Shown one piece after another: positions 47,444 to 59,981 of a DNA stretch of 64,000 nt; the stretch's first letter is position 1, and each line of letters opens with the position of its first letter. The stretch is from Schmidtea nova (taxonomy: Eukaryota): positions 204,414,001 through 204,478,000 of the forward strand of contig CM097883.1 in assembly GCA_044892505.1 (NCBI GenBank). Reading direction: 5' to 3'. The position numbers and the translations under genes are program-made. Under the pieces are notes generated by a model that searched no databases, was not told where the DNA came from, and saw only the letters and a program-made list of their open reading frames with translations.

Positions 47444-49399
47444 ACATCAGATTAAGGGCGTGTTGTAGTTTTACCATCAATTTTAAACTTCAACAAATGT
47501 TTGGAACAGGCAGTAATATTCTAAATCATCAAAAATATTTCTTTCATCTTTTATTTTTTATAAATTTTTGTTGTTGTAAAAGTAATGTTAAAATAGAACA
47601 AAACACTGAATTCTAAATATTTTAAATATCATTTTTTTCTATTGAAGATAATGAAAGGATTACGTCGAGCTGCTAAATCACTTGCAAATGGTATTCTTCT
47701 TGGAATGGAATATTTTAATAACCAACATAGTGTTGCTATAGAAGAAGAAGAAGATGTTGCTGCTGCTGTTGTTGAAAATAATGATGATACTAATAGTCAC
47801 ATATCTATTCCTCAAGGTAACATAAATGATTAAGAAAATGATAGTTTCATTGATGAAGATGTAATTGTGGATAAATCTGATAAGTCTAGTGAAGAAGAAT
47901 TTGTATTAGTGGAGCAGGAGACGACCAAATGAAATTTACAAATGGTACAGTTGGGGAAAAAGTAGTTAACTGTCAATCAGGTAGAGAAGAGAAGAAATAT
48001 TTTTAATTTCGCCGAAGGATTTAAAAAGGTTTGTATCATAATTCTGGAAATGAAGCATTTGAAATATTTTTCCAAGAAAGCATGGAGATTGCAGAATATA
48101 TTCTAATAAGTATGATAAAAAGAAATATATGAAGTCATGGAAGCCCATTTCATATATAGAAATGAAGTGCTTTGTAGGGCTCCAACTGATTGCTGATGCT
48201 TACAAAGCTTCTCACAGGCACATACAAAAGCTCTGGTATAAAGCTAATGGCCATCAAACATTTTGAGCATGCATGAGCTGTGAGCGTTTTAAAACTATAA
48301 AATCAGCGCTTAAATTCAATGACACATTACGCTGGGACAAATCAGATCTATTAGCTCCAGTAAGAACAATTAGATGAGCAGTTGGTAGAATTTCATGGCC
48401 AAGTGAAGTTTAGACGGTACATTCAAACTAACCCGGGGAAATATGAAATATTGACTTACTTGATTGTTGATGCAAATAAATTTCTATTCCACTTAATAAT
48501 ATTGTTTATATTGGAAATAAAACTCTTACTAATGATGAAAAGCAAGAAAGTTCCTTTGGTATAATGCTCCTGTCTTTAAAAATTCCTGAGCATTTTCTAG
48601 ATAAAAGGAGAACATGAAAATCGACAATTACTTTTCAAGCTTGTTCTTGGCATAAAGGTTAGCTAAGAGAAATACTATAACTGCTGGCACAATCAAAGAG
48701 ATTTAGATCCAGCTTACAGAAGTATATACGAGAGGCGAAAGGGAGATACAATATATTTCAAGAACTGTGAGACAACAATCTAGTCATTTTGGGACAAGAA
48801 AACCTAACCTGTGAATTTGTTATCATCACTGCATCCTGGTGAACCTTATAAAATAGAGGGTAAATGTGAAATAATTGAGTGATACAATGCCGACAAATGA
48901 AGTGTAGACAACTATGTTAAATTGGTTAGAACCTACTGCATTTTTTGTTTTCATTTTTGTATTCATATGTATTTGTATTCATATTCCCTTTTGTATATTT
49001 TAATATAGTTTTACAGCGGGGTCTCTAAAAGACACCCAATGTCTATAAAGTAATAATTATAAAAAGAATATCTACCAAAGACTACAAGCTTAGAGATTAC
49101 TATAACATAAAGAGCATGTTTATGTGACTAAAGGCATAGAATATTGTTTGAAAATTTATTTTATTAAAGGTTTTACATACAAATAAGTGCTCTGGTGTCT
49201 CAAAAAGACCCCACAACACCCACTAACCGTTAATTATACAAATTAATTGGTGATAATCCATCTCAAGATTGCTGAGTGTGACTGGCACGGCGTCCGTCTG
49301 TCACACAGAATAATTACCAAGTTCAAGAGCCAATGTCAAAAGAAATATTGACATTTTGGTGTCACTGTATAATTTTAACGGATGTTGATCCTAATTGGT

Positions 49400-49990
49400 T
49401 ATTAATATCGGAATCTGCGCATTTCTAACAGTTGCGAATCGGAGTTTTATACTTAACCAAAACGTTTTCATCTGGGTCGAATATTATGTCTCCCTTTACA
49501 TTTTCGTGTGTATATTCAAAAATAACTTCTCGGTTCTTGCGGGAATTACTGTTATTTTACCTAAATATACGACATCTTCATTGTCAACTCTTTTCCTTTT
49601 TCCCACTGCACGTACTAGTGAACCTGTGGCACAGTCCAAGACTACTCCTTTTAATTTTTGAAGGAGGTCCATTACTAAAGTACATTCGACTGGGCATTGT
49701 CTATTAACTTTTATGTCATGCCTGAATTCCTGGTCACATAATTTAATGACGCAATCTAATCTTCCTATGATATTGCCCATTTGCTCCTGTCGCGTTAGTC
49801 TGGGCTGGTTGAATGCTTTTAATTCCGATTCGTTTAACAAATTTGCCACGACGTTGGTTATGTCTAAACCAGAGTCAATGATTGCATATACATTATACCT
49901 ATTGATTTTATTTTAATAGTAGGTCTTTTGGTAGACCCTTTGTTGGATATCATCAGGACGGTTGTTGATCCCAGTAAATTTCCCCGCAAT
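49400..49990 (-). pseudogene. Retropepsin-like protease at the start of a separate pol ORF
   Basis: MEAQIL...RPTIKIK / (frameshift) NRYNVYAIIDSGLDITNV...CTLVMDLLQKLKGVVLDCATGSL, matching DSG and ILGxDFL motifs, followed by the ITVIPARTE spacer. Confidence 0.75.
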
Positions 49991-50229
49991 ATTTGAGCTT
50001 CCATTCTCTCAGCTTCACAATTAGTAGGTTATGTATCAAATCAGTCTTTTAGTTTCTCAAGTTCATTAAATGGGTATGTTGGATTAATTCATTTGCATGT
50101 TTGGTATAGTAAGCAGGTCTATATATTTAGATGGGCTTCTAGTTGTTGTTAATGTTGCAGAAAATCTACTGTTGGTTATGGGTCTATAACTATGGGTCTA
50201 TAACTATAATGTTTATACTGATGTGTTGT

Positions 50230-52330
50230 CTATATTTTCGTTAATCTGCTCAATTTTGGGTAACATATTGAATTTTGATTCATAAGGATATAGGTATCTA
50301 TATCGAATTTGTTTACATTTCGGTTTTTATTGTTTGGTTTGATATGAATGTTGTTTTGTGTAGAGAGTACCCTTAGGTTACTTCCCCCGTCAGAATTATC
50401 ATCGTCCCGATGATTGTAATTATCTATGATTTCGCGTACTACTTCATGTTTTATTAACTTTTTTCTTTTCATCTTTTTGATTTCTCTGTCATGATGTCTG
50501 AAAACTGCGAACTTTGCGCAAACGGGAAATAGTTTTAATATTAACTTCCATGACTAACCCCCTATTTTAAATATGATATATGTTGATTTTAATTGAGAGA
50601 ATATGACTTTTACAATTATAAGAATAGCATAACATTTCTCATCAAATATGCCAAAACTAGTGAATATCCCCCAGATTCTTTTTATTACATTCTTTGCCGC
50701 TGTTTTTTATTGTTTTGGGCCGAATAAGATGTTGTAATTTGGTTTAACATCAATCGTTTGGTAGATTTTATTTATTATCTCAATAATTCCTCGGTCTTTT
50801 ACTCGAAGAAATGTTATTGCCTTTCTAGCTTCTTCAAGATCTTTGTTGTATATTATAAACCTTTGGCCATTTGGTCTAATTTTTGTGACTCATTTTTGTT
50901 TTCTAAATTTATTGCTTGTAATATCTCCACTGGCTTAGCTGGGGCTTTCTGTCTGGTAATGATATCCATTGATTTTGAATTTTGTATAGTGGTGATATTG
51001 CTGGATTGAAAATAGTGGGTTGTGAGTTTGCGTCTTCTCGTAACAGTTGGTGTGTTACTGGCATCATAAACATCAACTGCGTACCGTACATTACCGGTAG
51101 TTCTAACGTACATTGGCTGTGTCTTGTCAATTCTACTTCGACTGGGCAACATTGTTAATTGTATATGGCTTTTCCCATAATACGCTCAAACGTCCCATCC
51201 TTCATGAGCATTGGTGTTACTAGATCTGGGTTAGCTATTAAAATAGCTAATATATTTCTTATTATTTCTAGATTCAGATTGCTGTCATTTAAAATCACGG
51301 CTTGATAAATATCCTGAATCTGTTTCTGTAGATCGTGATGTAAATAGTCAATCTTATTATTAACATAATTTGTAATTTTAATATCGCTCCAATGTTTTTT
51401 GTCCGCTGCTTGTACATATTTAACGGATAAGTATATCCCTTTATAGTTGGTTTCATAGGTTAGGGTGTTACATTTCATCTTTTGTGCTTTCCTTAACAAT
51501 TGTATAGCATCAGTAGTGTCTGCCGATACAAGTACTACTGAGCTATCTTTTTCTCGAATTGCTGTCTTGCTAAGCTGATTAATCACTTTATCGACCAAGA
51601 TATTTTCCGATTTATCTTTGTTTGAGAATTTGGTGAAATTAATTTTATTGAAGGTAATTTTCTTTATTAACCCAAACTCACAGAAATCTCTTTTAGGTTG
51701 ATATAAAAGTGTCGCTTAGTCTGTTTTACATTGACAGTATTTTTCATTACATTCCGGGTGAACCATCATTTTCCCCGTTACAACATCAAATGTACCTTCA
51801 TACTTTCGTAATTCTACTGTATAATCTTGGATAGTAACAACGCTGTCAATAACGTCTTGTCCTCTCAATTTCTTTCTACCTTCACATGTACCATCAGATT
51901 TGACAATTCTTCCTCTAGTAATTGTTATAGCTAGTGCTTTGTTCACTTTGGCTGTATACTTCTGTATTTATTTTTAACTTTCCTGTCCGGAAAGCGTCTT
52001 CACAGTCCTCCGATTGAACTAATACCGTTCTGGGAATGAGATTTGAGGCAAAAAAGCAGAATAACTATCTCTTCACACCAAAATTCAAATTTTGCTCTCT
52101 GTAGATGACATATCATCACTTTTTTTCAATAAAGGTCAGTTTCTTTGTATACATAATATTCACTTTTATCTCCTAACTAAACTCTGTCCGGATAGACTCC
52201 TCTGCATTCTATCGTGCCTACCAAAGAATATCAATGTTGGATTTCTACAATCGTAAGCAGTTAAAGGATTCACTTGTTTGATCATTCCCATTACCATACA
52301 TTTAAAGCATTAACATAAAGTTAACCAACC
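50230..52330 (-). pseudogene. env: Chuvirus-like (class III/gB-related) envelope glycoprotein, frameshifted
   Basis: Hydrophobic leader then LTAYDCRNP; NYVNNKIDYL...IYQAVIL...NILAILIANPD; CCPVEVELTRHSQCTLELPVMY...FMMPVTHQL; C-terminal WGIFTSFG and G.SWKLI. These are the patterns recalled for chuvirus-type glycoproteins of retroelements. Confidence 0.75.
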
Positions 52331-54089
52331 TTCTGGATCCATAACTTTCAGCGAGAATTTCGTTTTCCGTCATACAAGGCCCCAAATTTCATTCAATCAA
52401 TAATATTATGTGTTCACATTCTGGATCAAGTCGTGCACAATCGTTACCTACATTAGCAAGTAGTCTTTTGATGAACATGGCGAGAATTATAATGACTTTT
52501 CATCTGGTAAGTCCCTCATGAAAGAATCTTTCAATTGTATTTGATATTTCACTTTCTGAAATCTCTTTAGGGATCTTATGCCTGATTCCTCTAATAGTGT
52601 ATGTAACATTTTCGATGTTTATACTCGTTTCTAGTTCAATATGTAGACTGTGCTTTAGTTCTCTAACTATTTGCCTCATATTACTCCAGATCTCATGGTC
52701 CTTGTACGATTGAGTGCTTGGTTCTCCGTTTAATTTTTTAACAAGTCTTTCTAGTACCTCCTTTGTTAGTTCACGCGTAGTTTCCGGATTTAGCTCTTCT
52801 CGTGGTGGAGGATTCATGTTTAAATTCCTTGATCGACCCCGGTTATCCGTCTTAATTTTCCCCGTAACTGGAGGTAGTGGTTCATGCTCGTGTTCAAGCA
52901 TTTGAGACGTAATCGCTCCGAAATTTGTTTCGGCAGCGTTCATTCTGATTTCTTGATCTTCAAGAAATCACTCTATCTCCTCATCCATGTCTACAGGCAT
53001 TCTTCTCGGTTCTGTTACTACGTTAGGTTGTTCTTTCTCTGCTTCATCTAGTAATCTCAACACTAACCACTGCTCCTGAGTAGTCTTACAGGAATTATTG
53101 TTGCAATAGTGGTTTCATGGGGTAGGCATCCCACATCTACTAAAATGTCGTCATTATCGACTTGGCTTCCGCGGATCTTTATTAGTAATAAGTAGTCCAC
53201 AACTTCTTCTATTTTCTTTCTCAATTTCCGCATTTTGTGGAAACATGAATGTCGATGTACCTGGAAATTTTTCCCTGGCACCATTATATTTATATTTATC
53301 GAACCATAATTATTGGGTTGATGTCGAATTGCTTGTCCATGTTTGGCTATCTGTAACTTTACATGTGGCCGGTATCGTGTTACTTCCTTTATTAGTGGAA
53401 GGATAATAGGTGTAATGTTATACAATGTCTCTACTGGTAAACGTAGAGTAATTATCCAGTTTAACATTTGTTTAATATTTTCTTCGTCTCGGGGACTTTT
53501 CATTATTTCACGTCCCAACTTCATGGAGATTGCCCTTGTTTCCAGTAACCGTTCCATATCCATCTCCGTGAAGATGAATATGTTATCAGCGTCCACTACC
53601 GGAACTTCTACTTTAGCTATTTTCTACTTTAGAATTTTGTACATATCCTAGACAAGATACTATTTTTTAAGAGTATCCGATAGTTGAAACGGAGTACCAC
53701 ACAGTTGAAACTCACATGTCGATCCTCTTAGTCGTTCAGTTAACTTTCGTATTAACTGCTCTACCCTTATTTTCATGTTAATTTTAAATCTCCACTCTTG
53801 CTCTAGTGGCATTAATGCTGTTATATCAGCGTCCTCTATGATGCTCTCATACCGCTGCTTGCCTCCTAAGTCACTCCTAATTCTCGATATTAATGTGTCG
53901 TAACATTCCTCTCCTTGGATTAATGCTATAATATGCAATACGTCATCTATATCTCTTTCGCATCTCACTCGATGCTAATTCCTCTAATTTTCTTTTTAAT
54001 CTTGTCTGGGACCCTTAACTGGAGTTCGCCAGCTCTTTACATCTCTGTACGAGATTTTCTCCATTTCTCGTCTTTGATCCTTTTTTAGG

Positions 54090-55217
54090 CGTCTCATTGA
54101 ATTCCTTGTATTTTGAGTTCTAACTGATGTAAATAAGTTAAATTTGGTTCTTGATTAACTAAACAAACGTATCGTTTTTGTCTATTATCATTATATTTAG
54201 AGCTACTATTATTATTATTATTTAACGGACAAGATCGTTGTATATGTCCAAATTTACGGCATTTAAGACATTTTAATTTCCCTGCGGAATTTACGTGATC
54301 CCGCTGTATTATATTGAACCCAATATTTCGGTTTCCCCCTTTATTATTAGGATTATTATCCTTACTATTCATTTTTAATTAATTTGTTCGTGTGAGACTG
54401 CACGCTCTACATTTTGACGCGATATGACCTTTACGTTTACATTTCGCACAATTCAAATCGGAACACCTGTATTTTCGTGTTTCGTGATTATTTCTACTTC
54501 ACTTCGTGCAATGTGCTTTACTTGAATTGTTATTAATATTAGGTTTCTTGCTCCTGCACTTTTTACCTATATGCCCTCTTTTATGGCAATTGAAACATAC
54601 TGTGTCTGTTTTTTCATATACTGTCAGACTAGTTTTATTTCAAGCTTACTTTCGAGTAAAATTGCTTTCTGTACGAGCTCCTCGTACGCATCTCCTACTT
54701 ATAAACTTAACGCATTTCTCATCGCTGGGGTGAATTTTGCCAATAATTGATCTTTTACTAGAGCCTTCATGGTATCATTCGATCCTGCTCTAGCTCCAAA
54801 TGCGCGCTTTTCTTACATCATTATTTGGTAGGCATATTCCCTTACATGCTGCCCTGGATTTTGCTTTTTATTATAGAATTGTTGTCGTAGTATACGTGTT
54901 GCATCGCCGGGTAAAATACGGATTGTCAGAGCCACCCTTAAATCGTTCCAAGCTCGTAAATTATTTGATGCTATTATATCAATGTACTGCTCTCGTGCTC
55001 ACCCTTTTAAATATATTTGGAGTCTTAATATTATTACGGCTTCTGGTAGGTCTAAAGCTCGAGCAAGTTGAAAGGATTCCGACATTAATTCTGGGAAATC
55101 TATTGGGTTCCCATTATAAGGTTGAATTGGTATTGTTGGGTGTCGAAAAAGTTCCCATGCGGGTGCTTGTGCTTGATTAATATTTTGCGCCATATTAATT
55201 CTATTACCCTTATTCAA
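54090..55217 (-). pseudogene. gag: gag (retrotransposon capsid plus two CCHC knuckles), disrupted
   Basis: PIQPYNGNPIDF...AWNDLRVAL...KQNPGQHVREYA; knuckles CAKCKRKGHIASKC and CLKCRKFGHIQRSC. Confidence 0.85.
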
Positions 55218-55263
55218 AATTTTACCGTTTCTTAGCTCAATTTTGTTATATACCCGAAGTTAT

Positions 55264-55281
55264 ATCACGTCGGGCTCACCA
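55264..55281 (-). promoter_or_regulatory. Primer binding site, tRNA-Trp
   Basis: The + strand ATCACGTCGGGCTCACCA differs by one base from the animal tRNA-Trp 3' end ATCACGTCGGGGTCACCA and lies 3 nt from the LTR TG. Confidence 0.85.
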
Positions 55282-56084
55282 AAATGTTAAGATAGTTACG
55301 AATTTTGTTTAAATAAGTTGAGGATATCTCTACCTTAACACAGGACTGACTCCGAATAAAAGATAAAACATAAATATGAATATAAATAAAAACAAATAAG
55401 TAAGTGTTCGTTTATGAGTATATTTATTCTAAAAATGTATATGTGTATATTTTAACAGAGTTTACACTATATGGTATTAAATACCGCTGAAGAATAAAAG
55501 AGACTGGTGGTGCTATAGGCTCACGCCGCTTTAACTAATACAGAAGAGTAAGCAAGCTTTTTGATTTTGCACGACCGTCGTAAGCACAACTAATAAAACT
55601 CTTGGCTTACGATTTAAAACTCAAATAAATCTTACCGATTCACTATGCTGGTGAAATTATGTCTTCTTAAGGGCTATGAAAGCAAATTAATCAGAACAAT
55701 AAAAATTCTCTCAAATGTNNNNNNNNNNNNNNNNNNNNNNNNNNNNNNNNNNNNNNNNNNNNNNNNNNNNNNNNNNNNNNNNNNNNNNNNNNNNNNNNNN
55801 NNNNNNNNNNNNNNNNNNNNNNNNNNNNNNNNNNNNNNNNNNNNNNNNNNACCAGGTAAATGTATATATTTACCGGTAAATGTATACATTAACTGCAAGA
55901 TTTGGCAAATGTACATTTTTATTACATTTTTTTCGAAATTAAAACATAAATTCAATATTTTTCAAATACAAAACATAAAAAAAATTAAATGTCCTGAAAT
56001 TAACTCCATCTATATGTTCGAAAAAACAATAATATATTTTTTAGGTAAAATTTGATTTGATATAAATGCCCCGAAGCCGATATG

Positions 56085-56495
56085 TACTTTTCCCGGTACA
56101 TATACATATTTGTCAATTATTTCTACATTTTACAAGACCTTGATATAATGTATACATTTACCCGTAAATGTATGTATAACAAACTTTTTCGAAATAGTAA
56201 ACTTACATTTACCCATTGGTGTGGTCTATGTGTACATTTACCGGCGAATGTGTACATTTTGACATTTTGTACATTTACCGTAACATATGTTACTTTTCCC
56301 GGTACATATACATATTTGTCAATTATTTCTACATTTTACAAGACCTTGATATAATGTATACATTTACCCGTAAATGTATGTATAACAAACTTTTTCGAAA
56401 TAGTAAACTTACATTTACCCATTGGTGTGGTCTATGTGTACATTTACCGGCGAATGTGTACATTTTGACATTTTGTACATTTACCGTAACATATA
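56085..56495. repeat. Tandem duplication, 2 x ~206 bp, rich in TACATTTACC motifs
   Basis: Units start TACTTTTCCCGG at 56085 and 56291; near identical. Confidence 0.9.
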
Positions 56496-56659
56496 TATAT
56501 ATAATCATAATTATCTTTTTTCACCTTTGATCGTTTTTGATTATTAATATCAATAATTCCCATAATGGATGATGCACTTGATAAAAGCTGTGCCGAAATA
56601 TTTTGTACTTATTTAAAGAAATAATGATCTATAGTCATCCATTATGGGAATTATTGATA

Positions 56660-56690
<31 letters not shown>

Positions 56691-56909
56691 GGTTAGGATT
56701 GTTTAGTCTATAAAAAATAAGACTGATTGATACATACTGAAACTAATCTGTACAATATAAAACGAATAACTAAATAACTAAAAAAAATAAAAACTAAATT
56801 TTTCAACAAACTTTATTTATTAAAACTGTCATCATGGATATCTTCAGTTGGATCTTGGATTTGTTGATCTGCATTGATTCTTGGATCGGTATGTTGAAAT
56901 ATAACCAAG

Positions 56910-58090
56910 TCACCTCCCATATAATAGTCATATGCTAAATTTGTATTTTTTGCGACTCATTTCCTTGTAGCATCTGCGTTGGTCAGTGCTGTCTTTTCCT
57001 TTTTAATGGTGAATATTTAATGATCTTTATTTGTGATTCTGGTTTGGGGAAAAGAAAATATTTGGTTATTATTAAAACAATCCAGGCATTACTGATGCTT
57101 TATGTCAGTACCCTTCAATATTACCCTCTTAAATCTTTTAGTTTCGTTGTTATCTAAAAGACTATAACATTTAGGCCTAAGAAACACCCACTACTTGTAT
57201 TTAAGCCATTTATTCTCGTCTTTGAACTTGCCAATGACAAAATCAATGTTCCTATTGTATAAAGGGTGATTTGGATCATAATTGGATCATATTATCAAGC
57301 TTAGGATTTCTAACCTCAATTAAGAACAAATCGGTGTCACCAGCAACGATGTTAATTTCGAAGTTGAATTCGATATGCTATTTTTGTAACTCTTCCTACT
57401 GCAGCTGGTTTTTTCTATGTTTAGATAGATCCATTACATTTTGACCAATGTAGCTGAGTCTATCCAAACAAACCGATTCCTTATTCAGCAAGACTGCAAC
57501 TAAGTCATTGTCAATTTTGAAAGTTTTTTTGAAAGTTGGCTTAGAAGTATATGTAATCAGCCGAGAAGACGAATTACATAATCTTAAATTTATGCGCTTT
57601 TTAAGATTTTCTACAGTTTTACCGTTGATACTATTATTTAATAATTTATAATAATTTTTACCCAGAGCATTTTTTGACTCCGCCCTAAGTCGGGTATTGG
57701 TATCGATGTAATCCTTAAAAATACATGCTTGTTTAAAGTTATTTGCTCTACGAGCATGAGTAAGTTTTACTCCAAGAAAAAAAAATGTTGGAGAAGTCTC
57801 CAATGTCTAACCATCAAATTCTCAACTTTTGAGCCAGGACGGCATATCTTTTCAGCGGCAACTGGAAAATCATCCAGCTTGTCTTGAAAAGAATCAGGAA
57901 TTTCTAAATCAACTTCTAATGTAAACCCAAATGTTAATACCTCTAAATCAGCAGATTCACAGTAATGAATTATTTTATTTTATTTTTCCCTATCAGTTAC
58001 TCATTTAAATTCTTTATTCTTTAGTTCCATAAATTTTTTAGTTTTATCTCATCTTTCAAAGAGACTTTACGCAGTCATGACATTTTGAAT
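56910..58090 (-). pseudogene. Protein-primed family B DNA polymerase remnant (Polinton/Maverick or adintovirus-like)
   Basis: GFTLEVDLEIP, YIDTNTRLR...YYKLLNNSINGKTVEN, GDTD, IGKFKDE, FLRPKCYS; many stops. Confidence 0.8.
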
Positions 58091-58469
58091 TTATGCCGAT
58101 GAACACGAAAGACAGATTTATCAAATAAAGTATTACTTAACCCAGCAAATTTCTTGAAAATGTATTTTTAATATTCACAAAACAAAAATTGAGAAATAAT
58201 TTGATTTTATTTTATTTTTAACAATTGTTGATGCGAAATAAAAGCTTATAATTGGCAAAAAAAGTCAGAAATTTGTGAAAAGAATAAAGAATTATGCGTT
58301 TTTTGGTAGTCGTTGGAGTTCCAATAATACTAAATTCCTCTATTTTATGTAACCAAGTTTACAACTAAAACTTTCAAAACTCTAAAAATGACTTTTGTTT
58401 AAATTAAAATCTGAAAACGAACAAATGTATAAAAGGAATCATAAAAATAAAAGAAAACATTTAATTGAC

Positions 58470-58802
58470 TTAATCAATTTTTAAATTTTTTGCGAATTGC
58501 CTGTCATCCGGCACGGGACTCAGTGCATCGAAAGATGATCGTTGAAGAAATAAATTGGGATCTTTGAGCAAATCGGTTCCATTTTTTGTTTCGTTTATTC
58601 TTGAAACGCTTCCAAACCTGAGAGGGTTAGCAAAAGACTTTTGTTTTAATAACATTTTGATTTTAATAACGGTTTCCAATCGTGGGACAAATCTAATGGA
58701 ATTGGCAACTTCGTCTTCATTAACATCAATAGACGTAAATCCACAATTTTCTGCTTCAGTTGGTAACTGGTTTTTACCGTCATTAGTTATCCATGGATGA
58801 AT
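58470..58802 (-). CDS. CAMKK: CaM-kinase kinase, last coding exon
   Basis: After an AG acceptor: IHPWITNDGKNQLPTEAENC...EDEVANSIRFVPRLETVIKIKMLLKQKSFANP, matching the CAMKK1/2 autoinhibitory/CaM-binding region (HPWVT..G..PLPSE.ENC...V.NS...P.L.TVI..K.M..K.SF.NP). Confidence 0.88.
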   Translation of the reverse strand: MHPWITNDGKNQLPTEAENCGFTSIDVNEDEVANSIRFVPRLETVIKIKMLLKQKSFANPLRFGSVSRINETKNGTDLLKDPNLFLQRSSFDALSPVPDDRQFAKNLKID

Positions 58803-59720
58803 CTATAAAGTCTAGAATCAACATTATCTTTTCTAACATTCGTTTATAATCTTAGAACAAGGATGTGTATAACTCGACCTTCAGAACACCTGAATGAAGC
58901 CTAATTGAGTTTTAATGGGTAATTTAGAATAAGAAAATGTTAGTGCAGATTTTCTTTCGTATTTAAAAAATTTAATAGAGGCTTTTTAGAACGCGGCAGG
59001 CAGAAGACTAAAACAAATTTACTATATTCAAATGAAAAACAAATTTGAATGGTCAGTTTTTTTCAGTGAAAAGAAACATTTGTAATTTTTCGCTTAAGTT
59101 TTAATTTAATTATTTTTGGTTATTTCTTTAAAAATAGCAAAGATCCTTTAAACCATGAGCGGCAAGTTCTGAATTTTTGCACTTTTAACTTTCAATTGTA
59201 TTTAAAATAGTAATTTAAAATTCTTTGAAATATCCAATATGCAAAAAAATACAAATCAAATTATGCCAAAAATCTACAAGTTTCTCTAAAGTTCATATCA
59301 GAAAATTTTCACAAATATTTGATTCATAAATTTAATTTTTAATTACGCCAAAGAACCAAAAAAAACTTTATATTTTTTTGTAACGATTAAATCAAATTTT
59401 AATTTTTTAGTACACACAATTTTAGAACAGCTTTTCAAATGTGAATTTCAAATACACTCTTAAAAAAGGCTGTGCCGAAGATTCGAGTGTTATAAAAAAT
59501 GAATTTATAACCTTTAAAAAATGATACCTTTTGAAATAGAAAAGAAAAGATGAAAATAAGTGAATTTTATTGAAAATATAATGCTCACTTTTGTACGAAT
59601 TTTTTGCGAAAAAAACCTGAGTGTGTATTATACTAGGGTTATAAAATAACTATTTAATAAATTTATGGTAGTAGCAATTAAGAAGTTTATTTTTCCGTGT
59701 TAGAAGATGTAGTGACTCCG

Positions 59721-59721
<1 letters not shown>

Positions 59722-59784
<63 letters not shown>
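59722..59784. repeat. (AT)n microsatellite
   Basis: About 31 AT units. Confidence 0.95.
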
Positions 59785-59792
<8 letters not shown>

Positions 59793-59804
59793 TATTGTTA
59801 TATA

Positions 59805-59981
59805 CAGGTCAAATCTCGATGTAACAAATACCGAAGTAACGAAATTTCCAGTAGAACAAATCTATAATTTGTCCCCGACGAACTTCCATACCAAATGTAT
59901 AGTACTCAATATAACAAATTTTCAGTATAACTAAACAATTTACTCAGTCCCGTGAGCTTCGTTACAACGAGATTTGACCTG
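59805..59981. mobile_element. Tc1/pogo(Tigger)-type MITE in a CaMKK intron
   Basis: TA TSDs; 21-bp TIRs CAGGTCAAATCTCG(A/T)TGTAAC with one mismatch. Confidence 0.88.

Larger units (their letters stand above)
43078..49229 (+). mobile_element. Older piggyBac element (PGBD4-like remnant ~47640-48950) with nested gypsy and hairpin
   Basis: Right end CACTAACCG-TTAA; degenerate left end TTAG-CGGTTGGTAGCTGTT (15/20 match). Flanks rejoin to match the left arm at 20010-20040. DEQLVEFHGQVKFRRYIQTNPGKY motif present. Confidence 0.65.
49246..55718 (-). mobile_element. Decayed envelope-bearing LTR retroelement: LTR - PBS(Trp) - gag - accessory ORFs - chuvirus-like glycoprotein - protease - truncated pol
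   Basis: LTR edge TGTTAAG at 55285 with PBS at 55264-55281; gag, glycoprotein and retropepsin remnants in that order; the far end of the LTR is not resolved before the gap. Confidence 0.8.
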
